Part shown: in pieces, positions 11,133-22,322 of the stretch | Position numbering within the stretch: position 1 is the stretch's first letter | Layout of the letters: every line of letters starts with the position of its first letter | Assembly: GCA_038252405.1 (NCBI GenBank) | Contig: JBBSAJ010000001.1 | Location: forward strand, 50,530-114,529 | Direction of reading: 5' to 3' | Length of the DNA: 64,000 bases | DNA from: Actinomycetes bacterium | GTDB lineage: Bacteria; Actinomycetota; Actinomycetes; Prado026 | Program-made: the position numbers and the translations under genes | Notes under the pieces: model-generated | Told to the model about the DNA's origin: nothing | Seen by the model: only the letters and a program-made list of their open reading frames with translations | The model's database searches: none

Positions 11133-12662
11133 TCAATTGCTGAGATCAGCGGGCAGGAGCAGGTACTTCCCCGAACGCTCAGCATCCGAGGCGTCGAGGA
11201 GCGCGTTGGTGCGCTCCAGGTCCAGCCTTGCCGCGGCGACCGTGGAGAAGTCGACCTGGGCCGACCAACGCCACGCGTTGGCCAGCACCCTGACGAGCAA
11301 CCCTGGATCGTCCTCGCGAGACAGTCGGCGTAACCCAGCCAGGTAGTCGCTTCGAGCGATCAGGGGGATGAGAACTCGGTGCTGCCCGGCGACGCTGAGC
11401 TCGGAGTTCATCGCCAACCGGGCCAGCCGGCCGTTCCCGTCATCGAACGGGTGGACCTCGGCGACGAGGAACATCATGAAGGCAGCGCGAGCGAAGGGCA
11501 GGGTCAGCTGGTCGCGGAAGGCTAGCCCGCGCTCCAGCGTGCCGGCCGTCAGCTCGGGGTCGACGAACTCGTAGGAGCCGAATCGATTGGGTTCAACCTT
11601 GAACTGTCCAGGCCTCTTGTCCGGCCGGGCTGCCATCAGTCGCGCATGACGAGCGCTGAGCTGCTCGATGAGCTCGGCCCCTGTGGCAGGCACCGTGCGC
11701 GCGTCGACCGGGTCGCTGATCAGCTGGTAGGTGCTGGTCACGTCATGCGCGTCGGCGGGTCGCGTGGGCGGCACGGTGTGGTCATAGACGATCGTGACAG
11801 CCTCGTCGAGGGTGAACTCGGTTCCTTCGATGAAGTTCGAAAGGTACGCCTCGAAGAACGGCTGCTCGCGCACCATCGCCGAGACCAGCACCGGCAAGTG
11901 GGCCGGGTCCGGATCGAAGTCACCGGTGGCGAGACGGTCGGCCAACGCGGCGAACCGGGCCAGCCTCGCGGTGTCCCAGCCGCGCCTCGCGCCGAGCGCG
12001 CCGAGCAGCCCCGAGCGGGGGATCGGCGCGGTGCCGAGCGCAGTCGCGAACAGTGCATCCAGCGCAGCGAAACGATCGGTGAGCCCGAGCTCGTCAGCCA
12101 GCTTCCGGGCTCGGTCCCGGAACCGGTTGAGTCGGGTAGGCGTGTATTGCTGGGACAGCAGCGCCATCCAGTCCGCGAGCTCGGCGTCTGTCAGCGTTCG
12201 TGCAACCCCTCCGCGGGCCCGGGAGGGTGCCAGGTTCTCCACGAGCGCCCGTGGGATCGAGGAGTGGCGCAGGCCGCCCATCCACGGCGGGTCGTCCGGA
12301 AACGGAGGATGCCCCCGGCGCACAGCGACCCGCAGCCCGGGCAGCATCAGGTCACGTGCCCGTGAGTTCGAGGCGATGAAAAGCGTGTCGCCGTCGAACA
12401 GGGTGGGCCCTGCAGACCGGTCGACGATGAGCGCGTCCGGCACCCATCGGGCGAGGATCTCCCAGACGCGGGTGCGCACCAGCCGGTCCAGCGGGGTGGT
12501 GAGGTCTGTGGTGTAGACGCCACGGACCACCTGCCGGGCCCGACCGGCGGCGACCGCCCGGCTGGGCCGCTCGCCGAGGCTGGCTGCGTCGAACGCGATC
12601 ACGGGTCGGGACGCTGGCCGCATGGACTCAACTGTGCCGGAGTGGACCGATGTTGGCAACAA
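11133..12662 (-). CDS. Fic/DOC family protein (AMPylase-type) with an N-terminal AbiEi-like regulatory domain
   Basis: Fic motif HPFDDGNGRLARLAMN and an upstream inhibitory motif SNFIEGT of the form (S/T)xxxE(G/N). GC3 is visibly lower than in neighbouring genes. TTG start per the ORF track, with an alternative ATG 39 nt downstream. Confidence 0.8.
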   Translation of the reverse strand: MLPTSVHSGTVESMRPASRPVIAFDAASLGERPSRAVAAGRARQVVRGVYTTDLTTPLDRLVRTRVWEILARWVPDALIVDRSAGPTLFDGDTLFIASNSRARDLMLPGLRVAVRRGHPPFPDDPPWMGGLRHSSIPRALVENLAPSRARGGVARTLTDAELADWMALLSQQYTPTRLNRFRDRARKLADELGLTDRFAALDALFATALGTAPIPRSGLLGALGARRGWDTARLARFAALADRLATGDFDPDPAHLPVLVSAMVREQPFFEAYLSNFIEGTEFTLDEAVTIVYDHTVPPTRPADAHDVTSTYQLISDPVDARTVPATGAELIEQLSARHARLMAARPDKRPGQFKVEPNRFGSYEFVDPELTAGTLERGLAFRDQLTLPFARAAFMMFLVAEVHPFDDGNGRLARLAMNSELSVAGQHRVLIPLIARSDYLAGLRRLSREDDPGLLVRVLANAWRWSAQVDFSTVAAARLDLERTNALLDASDAERSGKYLLLPADLSN

Positions 12663-12927
12663 GCGTCTGATATGATCTCGAATATGGCCTTAGACGTCTG
12701 ATAAGATTCAGGCCGATCGGACGAAATCTCGACTGGACTGCGCTATCGACATCGGCCCGGACGCCCCTTGCCCATCGGCACCGGACAGCACCAGAAGACA
12801 GCGCTCCGCAAGGCCTGACACCCCCCTCACGGGGGCACTTCCCTCATGGAGTGTGGGAAAAGTGTGGGTAAGATCAACTTCAGCGATCTTGTGAGGCCCG
12901 GCCATGGCCTGTGACCTGCGGTTTTGT

Positions 12928-13002
12928 GGGTGCCCCCGGCAGGATTCGAACCTGCGCCACCGCCTCCGGAGGGCGGTGCTCTATCCCCTGAGCTACGGGG
13001 GC
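12928..13002 (-). tRNA. tRNA-Arg (anticodon CCG)
   Basis: Minus-strand cloverleaf GCCCCCGTAGCTCAGGGGATAGAGCACCGCCCTCCGGAGGCGGTGGCGCAGGTTCGAATCCTGCCGGGGGCA. The anticodon loop is CTCCGGA, the T-loop is TTCGAAT, and the 3' CCA is not fully encoded. Confidence 0.85.
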
Positions 13003-13084
13003 CAGGGCGGCGTTCAGATTACCAGCCGCGCGCCATGGCGTTGGACGCGCTGCTGACGGGGGTGCACGGCCTAGCCTGGCGGGC

Positions 13085-13468
13085 ATGTCCCGGCCGCCGC
13101 GCGTGCTCGTCGTCGACGACAGCGACGCCGTCCGCAGCCTGATCCGGGTCAACCTCGAGCTCGAGGGGTTCGAGGTGGTCACCGTCTGTGACGGGCAGCA
13201 GGCCCTCGACGAGGTCGCCGCCGTCGATCCTGACCTGATCACGCTGGACGTCGTCATGCCGAACCTGGACGGGCTCAGCACGGCGACCGCTCTGCGGGCC
13301 CGGGCCGACACCTGGGACATCCCGCTGCTCATGGTGACCGCCCTGGCCCAGGAGTCGGACGTCACGCGGGGCAGGGCGGCCGGGGTGGACGCCTACCTGA
13401 CCAAGCCGTTCGACCCGGCTGAGCTGGTGGCCACCGTGCGCCGGCTGCTTGGCCTCGCCCAGGGCTGA
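13085..13468 (+). CDS. Stand-alone response-regulator receiver domain protein (CheY-like)
   Basis: The protein begins RVLVVDDSDAVRSLIRVNLELEGFEVVTVCDGQQALDE with ...DLITLDVVMPNLDGLS...LTKPFDPAEL, carrying the receiver Asp and Lys residues. It is 127 aa with no output domain. Confidence 0.85.
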   Translation: MSRPPRVLVVDDSDAVRSLIRVNLELEGFEVVTVCDGQQALDEVAAVDPDLITLDVVMPNLDGLSTATALRARADTWDIPLLMVTALAQESDVTRGRAAGVDAYLTKPFDPAELVATVRRLLGLAQG

Positions 13469-13527
13469 GCCGCCGGGCGAGGTGCCACCGGGCGATTCGG
13501 TTGGAGGGCGCCGATAGCCTTGACCGT

Positions 13528-15195
13528 GTGACCCCCGAGGAGCTTGCCGACGCGGTACTGGCCGCCGTCCGTTCCGCCGTGGCCGACGGCGTCTTGGCCC
13601 TGTCGCCCGATGACCTGCCCGCCTCGGTCTCGGTCGAGCGCCCGAAGGTCAGGGAGCACGGCGACTACGCGACCAACGTCGCGCTTCAGCTGGCCCGTCC
13701 GACCGGGCGGCCGCCGCGGGAGGTCGCCGAGCTGCTGGCCGGCCGGCTGGCCGGGCTCAGCGGGGTGGCCCGGGTGGACATCGCCGGCCCCGGGTTCCTC
13801 AACGTGGTGCTCGACGATGCGGCCCAGGGGGAGATCGCGCGGGTCGTGGTCCGGTCCGGTCCGGCGTTCGGCCAGGGCGACACACTCTCCGGCCAGCGGT
13901 TCAACATGGAGTTCATCAGCGCCAACCCGACCGGGCCGCTGCACCTCGGGCACACCCGGTGGGCGGCCGTGGGGGACGCGATCGCCCGGGTGCTGACCGC
14001 GGCGGGCGCCGAGGTCACCCGCGAGTTCTACGTCAACGACCGGGGCGTCCAGATGGACCGGTTCGGTGAGTCGATCATGGCGGCGGCGCACGGCCGGCCG
14101 GTGCCGGCCGAGGGGTACCACGGGGCGTACGTCACCGACCTGGCGGCGGCCATCGTGGCCGACCGGCCGGAGCTGCTGGACCTCCCGGAGTCCGCGCAGA
14201 TGGAGGCGTTCCGGGAGGAGGGCTACGAGCGGCAGCTGCGGCAGCAGCGGGAGGTCCTCGACCTGTTCCGGACGCATTTCGACGTCTGGTACTCCGAGCG
14301 TTCACTGCACTCGTCGGGAGCGGTCGAGCACGGGCTGGAGCGCCTGCGCGCCATGGGCCACGTGTTCGAGCAGGACGGCGCGGTGTGGCTGCGCACCACC
14401 GACTTCGACGACGACAAGGACCGGGTGCTGGTTCGGAGCAACGGTGAGCTCACCTACTTCGCGAGCGACACCGCCTACTACGTGGACAAGCGGGAGCGCG
14501 GGTTCGACGTCTGCATCTATCTGCTCGGGGCCGACCACCACGGCTACGTCAACCGGCTGCGGGCGGTGGCGGCGTGCGCGGGCGACGACCCGGACCGCAA
14601 CATCGAGGTCCTCATCGGGCAGCTCGTGAAGATCGTTCGGGGCGGCGAGGAGGTCAAGCTCTCCAAGCGGGCGGGGATGATCGTCACCTTGGAGGAGCTG
14701 GCCGAGGAGGTGGGCGTCGACGCCGCCCGGTACTCGCTCACCCGGTACCCGGTCGACTCGCCGCTGACGCTCGACATCCAGGTCATGACGGCGCGCACGA
14801 ACGACAACCCGGTCTACTACGTGCAGTACGCGCACGCTCGGATCGCCTCGGTGCTGCGCAACGCCGAGGAGCTGGGCATCTCGGTCGACCCGGACGCCTT
14901 CCACCCCGAGCTGCTCACCCACGACCGGGAGGGCGACCTGCTGGGCGCGCTGGGTGAGTTCCCCCGCGTGGTGGCCTCGTCGGCCGAGCTGCGCGAGCCG
15001 CACCGGGTGGCCCGCTACCTGGAGGACCTCGCGGGCACCTACCACCGGTTCTACGACGCCTGCCGGGTGCTGCCCATGGGCGATGAGCCGGTCACCGACC
15101 TCAACCAGGCCCGGCTGATGCTGTGCGCGGCCACCCGGCAGGTCATCGCCAACGGCCTCGACCTGCTCGGTGTCGAAGCCCCCGCCCGCATGTGA
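13528..15195 (+). CDS. argS: Arginine--tRNA ligase
   Basis: The GTG at 13528 ([14 protein letters not shown]...) is in frame with the track ORF. The protein is a class I aaRS of ~555 aa and ends ...[26 protein letters not shown]-like sequence. Confidence 0.85.
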   Translation: MTPEELADAVLAAVRSAVADGVLALSPDDLPASVSVERPKVREHGDYATNVALQLARPTGRPPREVAELLAGRLAGLSGVARVDIAGPGFLNVVLDDAAQGEIARVVVRSGPAFGQGDTLSGQRFNMEFISANPTGPLHLGHTRWAAVGDAIARVLTAAGAEVTREFYVNDRGVQMDRFGESIMAAAHGRPVPAEGYHGAYVTDLAAAIVADRPELLDLPESAQMEAFREEGYERQLRQQREVLDLFRTHFDVWYSERSLHSSGAVEHGLERLRAMGHVFEQDGAVWLRTTDFDDDKDRVLVRSNGELTYFASDTAYYVDKRERGFDVCIYLLGADHHGYVNRLRAVAACAGDDPDRNIEVLIGQLVKIVRGGEEVKLSKRAGMIVTLEELAEEVGVDAARYSLTRYPVDSPLTLDIQVMTARTNDNPVYYVQYAHARIASVLRNAEELGISVDPDAFHPELLTHDREGDLLGALGEFPRVVASSAELREPHRVARYLEDLAGTYHRFYDACRVLPMGDEPVTDLNQARLMLCAATRQVIANGLDLLGVEAPARM

Positions 15196-15207
15196 CCGGT
15201 TCCTTCG

Positions 15208-15257
15208 CCATGAAGGTCCCGAAACTTCGGCTGTACGCACAGAAGGGACCCTTCATG
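15208..15257. repeat. REP-like palindromic unit (single 50-bp hairpin), copy A, 13 nt after the argS stop
   Basis: catgaaggtccc-[24 nt]-gggacccttcatg. The inner core gtacgcacagaagggacccttcatgc matches copies B and C. Confidence 0.75.
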
Positions 15258-15277
15258 CAGATGGGGGTGGCGGAGGA

Positions 15278-16699
15278 GTGAGGGCGCACCCGGCGGGGCC
15301 GCGGCACGCGGACGTGCTCGCCGAGCACGGGGCGCTGCCGCCGCCGGCGGACGTGAACGCACTCGACCCGGTGGTCTGGCCGACCACCACGCAGCGCCAG
15401 CCGGGGCACGGCGCGCTCCGGCTCGGCGGCGTCGACGTGCGCGACCTGGCCGAGACCTACGGCACGCCCGCGTACGTGCTCGACGAGGCCGACCTGCGGG
15501 CCCGGATGCGCGAGTGGCGGGCGGCCTGGCCGGACGCCGAGGTCTACTACGCGGCCAAGGCTTTCCTGTGCACGGCGATGGCTCGCTGGGTCGAGGAGGA
15601 GGGCCTCTCCCTCGACGTGAGCACTGGCGGCGAGCTGACCGTCGCCCTGGTCGCCGGCTTCCCGGCCGAGCGGATCATCGTGCACGGCAACAACAAGTCC
15701 GTCGCCGAGCTGGCCCAGGCCCTGGACGCCGGTGTGGCCCGCATCGTCCTCGACTCCTTCGAGGAGATCGCCCGGCTGGCCACGCTGGCCGAGCAGCGCG
15801 GGGTCCGGGCCAAGGTGCTGGTCCGGGTCACCGTCGGCGTCGAGGCGCACACCCACGAGTTCATCGCCACCGCTCACGAGGACCAGAAGTTCGGCTTCTC
15901 GCTGGCCAGCGGCGCGGCGGCCGAGGCGGTGCGCCGGGTGCTCGCGCTGCCCGCGCTGGAGCTCATGGGCCTGCACTCGCACATCGGCTCGCAGATCTTC
16001 GACACCTCGGGCTTCGAGGTGGCCGCTCACCGGGTGGTCGGGCTGGCCGCCGCCATCCGCGACGAGCACGGCGTCGAGCTGGCCGAGCTGGACCTGGGCG
16101 GTGGCCTGGGCGTCGCGTACGTCGAGGGCGACGACCCGATGCCGGCCGCGGACGTCGCCGAGCGGCTGCGCGCGATCGTCGACCGTGAGTGCGTGGCCGC
16201 CGGACTGGTCCGGCCGCGGCTGGCGGTCGAGCCGGGGCGGGCGATCGTCGGGCCGTCCATGGTCACCCTGTACGAGGTCGGCACCATCAAGGACGTCGAC
16301 GGGCTGCGCACCTACGTCAGCGTGGACGGCGGGATGTCCGACAACATCCGCACCGCCCTGTACGACGCCGACTACACGTGCGCCCTGGTGTCCCGGGTCT
16401 CGGCCGCGGCGCCGATGCTCTCCCGCGTGGTCGGCAAGCACTGCGAGAGCGGTGACATCGTCGTGCGCGACGTCCACCTGCCCGCCGACCTGGCCCCCGG
16501 TGACCTGCTCGCGGTGGCCGCCACCGGCGCCTACTGCCGGTCCATGGCGTCGAACTACAACCTGCTCGGCCGGCCCCCCGTCATCGCCGTCCTCGACGGC
16601 GTTGCCCGGGTGGTCATCCGCCGGGAGACGGTCGAGGACCTGCTGCGGCTGGAGGACGTGGGGGACTCGGACGACGGGCCGGTGGGTGCCGGGCGGTAG
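15278..16699 (+). CDS. lysA: Diaminopimelate decarboxylase
   Basis: The protein begins [20 protein letters not shown], the typical actinobacterial LysA N-terminus, and has a PLP fold (YAAKAF...HSHIGSQ). The start is uncertain; an ATG at 15170 is possible. Confidence 0.85.
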   Translation: MRAHPAGPRHADVLAEHGALPPPADVNALDPVVWPTTTQRQPGHGALRLGGVDVRDLAETYGTPAYVLDEADLRARMREWRAAWPDAEVYYAAKAFLCTAMARWVEEEGLSLDVSTGGELTVALVAGFPAERIIVHGNNKSVAELAQALDAGVARIVLDSFEEIARLATLAEQRGVRAKVLVRVTVGVEAHTHEFIATAHEDQKFGFSLASGAAAEAVRRVLALPALELMGLHSHIGSQIFDTSGFEVAAHRVVGLAAAIRDEHGVELAELDLGGGLGVAYVEGDDPMPAADVAERLRAIVDRECVAAGLVRPRLAVEPGRAIVGPSMVTLYEVGTIKDVDGLRTYVSVDGGMSDNIRTALYDADYTCALVSRVSAAAPMLSRVVGKHCESGDIVVRDVHLPADLAPGDLLAVAATGAYCRSMASNYNLLGRPPVIAVLDGVARVVIRRETVEDLLRLEDVGDSDDGPVGAGR

Positions 16700-16776
16700 C
16701 CTGGCCAGCCGCGGCCGGCGACGCGAGCACTCGGGCACCACCACGCGGCCGCACACCACGAGGAACGGAGCAGGCG

Positions 16777-18066
16777 ATGGGCGGGCAGCCACTGCGGGTG
16801 GCGCTGCTGGGCTGCGGCGTCGTGGGCTCGGAGGTGGTCCGGCTGCTCCTCACCCAGGCGGAGGACCTCACCGCCCGGGTCGGCGCCCCGGTGGAGCTGG
16901 TCGGGATCGGCGTCCGCAACGCCGGCGCGGCGCGCGGGCCGGGCCTGCCCACCGAGCTGTTCACCGAGGACCTCGACGGCCTGGTCGACCGGCCGGACGT
17001 CGACGTCGTCGTCGAGGTCATGGGCGGGATCGAGCCGGCCCGGACGCTGCTGGGCCGGGCCCTGCGCCGCGGCGCCTCGGTGGTCACCGCGAACAAGGCC
17101 CTGCTCGCCGAGCACGGTGCGGAGCTGCACTCCGCGGCCGACGGGTCCGGTGCGGACCTCTACTACGAGGCCAGCGTGGCCGGCGCCATCCCGCTGCTGC
17201 GCCCGCTGCGCGAGTCGCTCGCCGGCGACACCGTCCTGCGGGTGCTCGGGATCGTCAACGGCACCACGAACTACATCCTCACCCGCATGGACGAGAGCGG
17301 CGCCGGCTTCGCCGAGGCGCTGGCCGAGGCGCAGCAGCTCGGTTACGCGGAGACCGACCCCACGGCCGACGTCGAGGGCTACGACGCCGCGGCGAAGGCG
17401 GCCATCCTGGCCGGTCTGGCGTTCCACACCCGGGTCCCGCTGGCCGCCGTCCACCGGGAGGGCATCACCGGCGTCGGCGCCTCCGACGTGGCCACCGCCC
17501 GCGCCATGGGTCACGTGGTCAAGCTGCTGGCGATCTGTGAGCGGTCCGAGGACGGCCGCGGCGTGACCGTGCGGGTGCACCCGGCCATGGTGCCGCGGAC
17601 CCATCCGCTGGCCGGCGTCCGGGAGGCCTACAACGCCGTGTTCGTGGAGACCGAGGCGGCCGGGCAGCTGATGTTCTACGGCCGTGGGGCCGGGGGCGCA
17701 CCCACGGCCAGCGCCGTGCTCGGCGACATCGTGGCGGTCGGTCGCAACCGGCTCTCCGGCGGCCACGGCCCGCGGGCCAGCACCTACGCCGACCTCGAGG
17801 TGCGCCCCGTGGACAGGGCACGCACCCGCTACTACATCGCGCTGGACGTCGCCGACAAGACCGGTGTGCTGGCCACGGTCGCCCAGGCGTTCGCGCGGCA
17901 CGACGTGTCCATCGAGACGCTGCGCCAGGACGGGCGCGGGGACGACGCCTCGTTGGTGGTGCTCACCCACAAGGGGAGCGAGGGTGCGCTCGCCGGTGTG
18001 GTCGAGGAGCTGCGGCAGCTGGACGTCGTCCGGGCGGTCGCTTCGGTGATGCGGGTGGAGGGCTGA
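16777..18066 (+). CDS. hom: Homoserine dehydrogenase
   Basis: The protein begins [19 protein letters not shown] and ends in a C-terminal ACT domain. Confidence 0.9.
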   Translation: MGGQPLRVALLGCGVVGSEVVRLLLTQAEDLTARVGAPVELVGIGVRNAGAARGPGLPTELFTEDLDGLVDRPDVDVVVEVMGGIEPARTLLGRALRRGASVVTANKALLAEHGAELHSAADGSGADLYYEASVAGAIPLLRPLRESLAGDTVLRVLGIVNGTTNYILTRMDESGAGFAEALAEAQQLGYAETDPTADVEGYDAAAKAAILAGLAFHTRVPLAAVHREGITGVGASDVATARAMGHVVKLLAICERSEDGRGVTVRVHPAMVPRTHPLAGVREAYNAVFVETEAAGQLMFYGRGAGGAPTASAVLGDIVAVGRNRLSGGHGPRASTYADLEVRPVDRARTRYYIALDVADKTGVLATVAQAFARHDVSIETLRQDGRGDDASLVVLTHKGSEGALAGVVEELRQLDVVRAVASVMRVEG

Positions 18067-19142
18067 TGGCGATGGGGACCCGGACCCGGCTGTGGCGCGG
18101 GGTGATTGAGGAGTACCGCGACCGGCTGCCGGTCGACGTGGGCACTCCGGTCGTCACCCTGCTCGAGGGTGGGACGCCGCTGGTCCCGGCCGCCGCGCTG
18201 AGCGAGCTGACCGGCTGCGCGGTGCACCTGAAGGTCGAGGGGGCCAACCCGACCGGGTCCTTCAAGGACCGCGGCATGACCGTGGCGATCTCCAAGGCGG
18301 TCCAGGACGGGGCCAAGGCGGTCATCTGCGCCTCGACCGGCAACACCAGCGCGTCCGCGGCGGCCTACGCCGTGCGGGCCGGCGTCGTGTGCGCGGTCCT
18401 GGTCCCGCAGGGCAACATCGCGATGGGCAAGCTGTCCCAGGCGGTAGCGCACGGCGCGCGGATCCTCCAGGTGGACGGCAACTTCGACGACTGCCTGACC
18501 CTGGCCCGCGACCTCGCCGACTCCTACCAGGTGGCGCTGGTCAACAGTGTGAACCCGGCCCGGATCGAGGGGCAGAAGACGGCCGCCTTCGAGGTCGTGG
18601 ACGCGCTCGGCGACGCCCCGGACATCCACTGCCTGCCGGTCGGCAACGCCGGCAACATCACCGCCTACTGGCGCGGCTACACCGAGTACGCGGCCACGGG
18701 GCCGGCCGGCCGGCGGCCCCGGATGTGGGGGTTCCAGGCGGCGGGCGCGGCGCCGATCGTCCTCGGCGTACCCGTGGCCGAGCCGCAGACCATCGCCACG
18801 GCCATCCGGATCGGCAACCCCGCCTCGTGGGCGCAGGCCCTGGTGGCCCGGGACGAGTCCGGCGGCGTCATCGACTCCGTCACCGACGACCAGATCCTGG
18901 CGGCCCACAAGCTGCTGGCCGCGAGGGAGGGCGTTTTCGTGGAACCGGCGTCCGCAGCCGGAGTGGCCGGCCTGCTCCAGGCGCACGAGCGCGGGCTGCT
19001 CGACCCGGGGCAGACCGTGGTGTGCACCGTCACGGGGCACGGGCTGAAGGACCCGGACTGGGCGCTGTCCGGGGGCGCGCAGCCGCAGACGGTTCCGGCG
19101 GATGCCGCGGCCGCGGCTGCGCTCCTCGACCTGGCCGGTTGA
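18066..19142 (+). CDS. thrC: Threonine synthase
   Basis: The protein contains ...[14 protein letters not shown]...[19 protein letters not shown], the PLP-lysine motif. Its start overlaps the hom stop. Confidence 0.9.
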   Translation: MAMGTRTRLWRGVIEEYRDRLPVDVGTPVVTLLEGGTPLVPAAALSELTGCAVHLKVEGANPTGSFKDRGMTVAISKAVQDGAKAVICASTGNTSASAAAYAVRAGVVCAVLVPQGNIAMGKLSQAVAHGARILQVDGNFDDCLTLARDLADSYQVALVNSVNPARIEGQKTAAFEVVDALGDAPDIHCLPVGNAGNITAYWRGYTEYAATGPAGRRPRMWGFQAAGAAPIVLGVPVAEPQTIATAIRIGNPASWAQALVARDESGGVIDSVTDDQILAAHKLLAAREGVFVEPASAAGVAGLLQAHERGLLDPGQTVVCTVTGHGLKDPDWALSGGAQPQTVPADAAAAAALLDLAG

Positions 19143-20080
19143 TGCGCGGGGTCATCTTCCGGCCCGGACCGGTGCGGGTACGGGTCCCCGCGACCAGCGC
19201 CAACCTCGGGCCGGGCTTCGACGCCTGCGGGCTTTCGCTGGCGCTGTACGACGACGTTGTTGTGCAGGCCACCGGCTCCGGGTTGCAGGTGGACGTCGAC
19301 GGTGAGGGCGTCGCGGCCGTGCCGCGCACCGAGAAGCACCTGGTCGTGCAGGCCGTGCGGGCCGGGCTCACCGCACTGGGCGGCCAGCCCGACGGTCTCG
19401 CGCTGAGCTGCACCAACCGGATCCCGCACGGGCGCGGACTGGGGTCCAGCGCCGCTGCCATCGTTGCCGGCCTGGTGGCGGCCAGGGCCATGGTCGTCGG
19501 CGGTCGGGAGCGACTGGACGACGACGCCCTGCTGCAGCTGGCCAACCGTATGGAGGGTCACCCGGACAACGTGGCGGCGTGCCTGTACGGCGCGTACACC
19601 GTGGCCTGGACGGGGGATGACGCGGTGGCGCACGCTCGCCGGCTGGACGTCGGGCCGGGACTGGTCCCGGTGGCCTTCGTGCCGCCCACCCAGGTCCGCA
19701 CCTCGAAGGCCCGCCGGCTGCTGCCCAGCACCGTGCCGTTCGCCGACGCGGCCCTGGACGCCGGACGCGCCGCGCTGCTCACCGCGGCGGTCACGGCGGA
19801 CCCGGTCGACCTCGAGGTCCTGCTCGCGGCCACCGAGGACCGGCTGCACCAGCCCTACCGAGCCGCGGCCATGCCCCGCTCCGCCGCCCTCGTCGAGCGG
19901 CTGCGGACCGAACGCGTCGCCGCGGTGATCTCCGGGGCGGGTCCCACCGTGCTTGCGCTGTGCGACCAGGCCAACGCGGCCCGGGTCTCGCGGCTGTCCG
20001 CGCGCGGGTTCTCCGTGCTTGTCTTGGGAATCGACCGTCTGGGAGCGCGGGTGATGCGACTGCGTTCGGTGCACCGCTAG
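19142..20080 (+). CDS. thrB: Homoserine kinase
   Basis: The ATG overlaps the thrC stop. The protein begins [27 protein letters not shown], the GHMP kinase signature. Confidence 0.9.
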   Translation: MRGVIFRPGPVRVRVPATSANLGPGFDACGLSLALYDDVVVQATGSGLQVDVDGEGVAAVPRTEKHLVVQAVRAGLTALGGQPDGLALSCTNRIPHGRGLGSSAAAIVAGLVAARAMVVGGRERLDDDALLQLANRMEGHPDNVAACLYGAYTVAWTGDDAVAHARRLDVGPGLVPVAFVPPTQVRTSKARRLLPSTVPFADAALDAGRAALLTAAVTADPVDLEVLLAATEDRLHQPYRAAAMPRSAALVERLRTERVAAVISGAGPTVLALCDQANAARVSRLSARGFSVLVLGIDRLGARVMRLRSVHR

Positions 20081-20330
20081 GTCACGACCCGGACACGCCG
20101 GGGGTCCGGGAAGTATCTGTTCGCCGATGGTGTTAGTGTTCTTGATGCACCAGAAGCCTCACGGCCGGTGCTCCACGCCATTCATCTCCGCCTTGGTCGA
20201 TGCCCCGCACGAGCGCGGACGATCCGAATGGTCGTCTCTTCGCGGAGCCCGCACGTCGATCCGGCGTCGTCACGGCCTCCACGAGGCTCCACCGCACCAT
20301 CCCATTCCGCTCCGCAAAGGACATGCACAC

Positions 20331-22193
20331 GTGAGCGACACCATCACCAGCGACGTCGACGCCCGTCCGGCCGACCAGGCCAACGGCACCGGGTCGCACC
20401 CCGCGTCCGCATCGGACGCAACCGCCAACGCCGCCACCAAGGCTCGCCGCCGCCCGGCCGGGATGTCCGGCATGGTGCTGTCCGAGCTGCAGGAGCTGGC
20501 CTCCTCTCTCGGCATCAGTGGCACCGGCCGGATGCGCAAGGGTCAGCTGATCGAGGCGATCACCGCGGCCCAGTCCGGCGGCTCCGCGTCCGCCCCGCCG
20601 GCGGCCCCGGCCGCGCGGACCGCGCCGCGGACGCAGCCCGAGGAGCGCACCGTGGTGGCCGCTCCGAGTGCGGCTGCCCCCGAGACACCGTCCGAGGCGC
20701 CCGCGAGCGCGCCCGCCGCACCGGCCGCCGAGGCGGCGCCGGAGGGCCGCGAGCGCGCGGCGCGAGGTGATCGCCGGACCGAGCGCACGTCGCCCCAGCA
20801 GGGCGAGCGCCAGCAGCCGGGCGACCGTCCGCACAGTGGCGCACCTGCCCAGCACAGTGGCGCACCTGCCCAGCACAGTGGCGCACCTGCCCAGCAAGGT
20901 GGCGCACCTGCCCAGCAGAACCGCTACGACGAGGACGCCGACGGCGACCGCGGTCGCCGTCGGCGCCGTGGCCGCAACCGGGACCGTCGGCCGCGCGAGC
21001 GCGAGCGTTTCGGGGTCGAGGCCGAGCCGGTCGTCAGTGAGGACGACGTCCTCGTGCCGGTCGCCGGGATCCTCGACATCCTGGACAACTACGCGTTCGT
21101 CCGCACCACCGGCTACCTGCCCGGCCCCAACGATGTGTACGTCTCGCTCGCCCAGGTGCGCCGGTACAACCTGCGCAAGGGCGACGCGGTCACCGGCGCG
21201 GTCAAGCAGCAGCGGGAGGGCGAGCGCCGGGAGAAGTTCAACGCGCTGGTCCGGCTGGACACCATCAACGGGGCCGACCCCGAGGAGTCCCGCAGCCGGG
21301 TCGACTTCAACAAGCTGACCCCGCTGTACCCGCAGGAGCGGCTGCGCCTGGAGAGCGACCCGGGCAACCTGACCACCCGGGTCATCGACCTGGTCGCACC
21401 GATCGGCAAGGGCCAGCGTGGCCTGATCGTCTCGCCGCCCAAGGCCGGCAAGACCATGGTGCTGCAGTCGATCGCGAACGCGATCACCAAGAACAACCCC
21501 GAGGTGCACCTCATGGTCGTGCTCGTCGACGAGCGCCCCGAAGAGGTCACCGACATGCAGCGCACGGTCAAGGGCGAGGTCATCGCCTCGACCTTCGACC
21601 GTCCGGCCGAGGACCACACGACCGTCGCGGAGCTCGCCATCGAGCGGGCCAAGCGGCTGGTCGAGCTGGGGCACGACGTCGTGGTGCTGCTCGACTCGAT
21701 GACTCGGCTCGGCCGGGCCTACAACCTGGCCGCTCCGGCGTCCGGCCGGATCCTCTCCGGCGGCGTCGACTCCAGCGCGCTGTACCCGCCCAAGCGCTTC
21801 TTCGGTGCCGCGCGCAACATCGAGCACGGCGGCTCGCTGACCGTCCTGGCCACCGCGCTGGTCGAGACCGGCTCGAAGATGGACGAGGTCATCTTCGAGG
21901 AGTTCAAGGGCACCGGGAACATGGAGCTCAAGCTCGACCGGCGACTCGCGGACAAGCGGATCTTCCCGGCGGTGGACGTCGACTCGTCCGGCACCCGCAA
22001 GGAGGAGCTGCTGCTCGCCCCCGAGGAGCTCAAGATCACCTGGGGGCTGCGCCGGGTGCTGCACGCACTGGACTCCCAGCAGGCGATCGAGCTGCTGCTC
22101 AACAAGCTGCGTGAGACGTCCAGCAACTACGAGTTCCTGCTGCAGGTGCAGAAGACCACGCACCAGGCCGGCAACGGGAGCTCGAAGGACTGA
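20331..22193 (+). CDS. rho: Transcription termination factor Rho with a long actinobacterial N-terminal insertion domain
   Basis: GTG start with an AAGGA RBS 9 nt upstream. The N-terminus ...[30 protein letters not shown] is followed by an RG/Q-rich low-complexity insert and then the RecA-like ATPase domain ([13 protein letters not shown]). Confidence 0.9.
   Translation: MSDTITSDVDARPADQANGTGSHPASASDATANAATKARRRPAGMSGMVLSELQELASSLGISGTGRMRKGQLIEAITAAQSGGSASAPPAAPAARTAPRTQPEERTVVAAPSAAAPETPSEAPASAPAAPAAEAAPEGRERAARGDRRTERTSPQQGERQQPGDRPHSGAPAQHSGAPAQHSGAPAQQGGAPAQQNRYDEDADGDRGRRRRRGRNRDRRPRERERFGVEAEPVVSEDDVLVPVAGILDILDNYAFVRTTGYLPGPNDVYVSLAQVRRYNLRKGDAVTGAVKQQREGERREKFNALVRLDTINGADPEESRSRVDFNKLTPLYPQERLRLESDPGNLTTRVIDLVAPIGKGQRGLIVSPPKAGKTMVLQSIANAITKNNPEVHLMVVLVDERPEEVTDMQRTVKGEVIASTFDRPAEDHTTVAELAIERAKRLVELGHDVVVLLDSMTRLGRAYNLAAPASGRILSGGVDSSALYPPKRFFGAARNIEHGGSLTVLATALVETGSKMDEVIFEEFKGTGNMELKLDRRLADKRIFPAVDVDSSGTRKEELLLAPEELKITWGLRRVLHALDSQQAIELLLNKLRETSSNYEFLLQVQKTTHQAGNGSSKD
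20832..20915 (+). repeat. 21-bp in-frame tandem repeat x4 (cacagtggcgcacctgcccag) inside the rho insertion domain, encoding (H)SGAPAQ units
   Basis: Three perfect 21-bp copies and one near-perfect copy lie head-to-tail, visible directly in the sequence. Confidence 0.9.
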
Positions 22194-22322
22194 GCGGGAA
22201 CACCGGCGCCTGCACCCGTGTTGGGGGGAGGCGACCGGTGCTGGCACACTGGTCAACCGGCCCGGTTCACGTGCTCGCGGCAGCGCTGGCACGACCCGGA
22301 CCCAGACGATGAGGAGAGGCCC

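Noticed and set aside
12821-12835. Hairpin CCCCCCTCACGGGGG, the REP-like hairpins, and the weak hairpin after rho as intrinsic terminators
   Set aside because: None is followed by a U-rich tract on either strand, so they are not annotated as terminators.
11001-12927. Direct-repeat att site duplicating the tRNA-Arg 3' end that would delimit a Fic-containing island
   Set aside because: No convincing copy of the tRNA 3' segment (GGTTCGAATCCTGCCGGGGGCA) was seen near the SulP/Fic junction. The island boundary therefore remains inferred from GC and codon usage only.
15170-15262. Mini-ORFs spanning the palindromic elements (e.g. 46479..46898+, 46085..46564-, 46366..46548-, and the N-terminal extensions 'MKVPFCA…', 'RTEG(T/A)LHA…')
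   Set aside because: They arise from the inverted-repeat DNA itself; the same peptide words appear on both strands at all three loci. They are not coding.
20832-20915. Tandem repeats as possible CRISPR or intergenic VNTR arrays (rho 21-bp x4, 12-bp x3.5 at 41955-41999, 15-bp x4 at 55636-55695)
   Set aside because: All are in-frame inside protein-coding genes, with no spacers and no leader, so they are coding low-complexity repeats. No CRISPR array or cas genes were found in the window.
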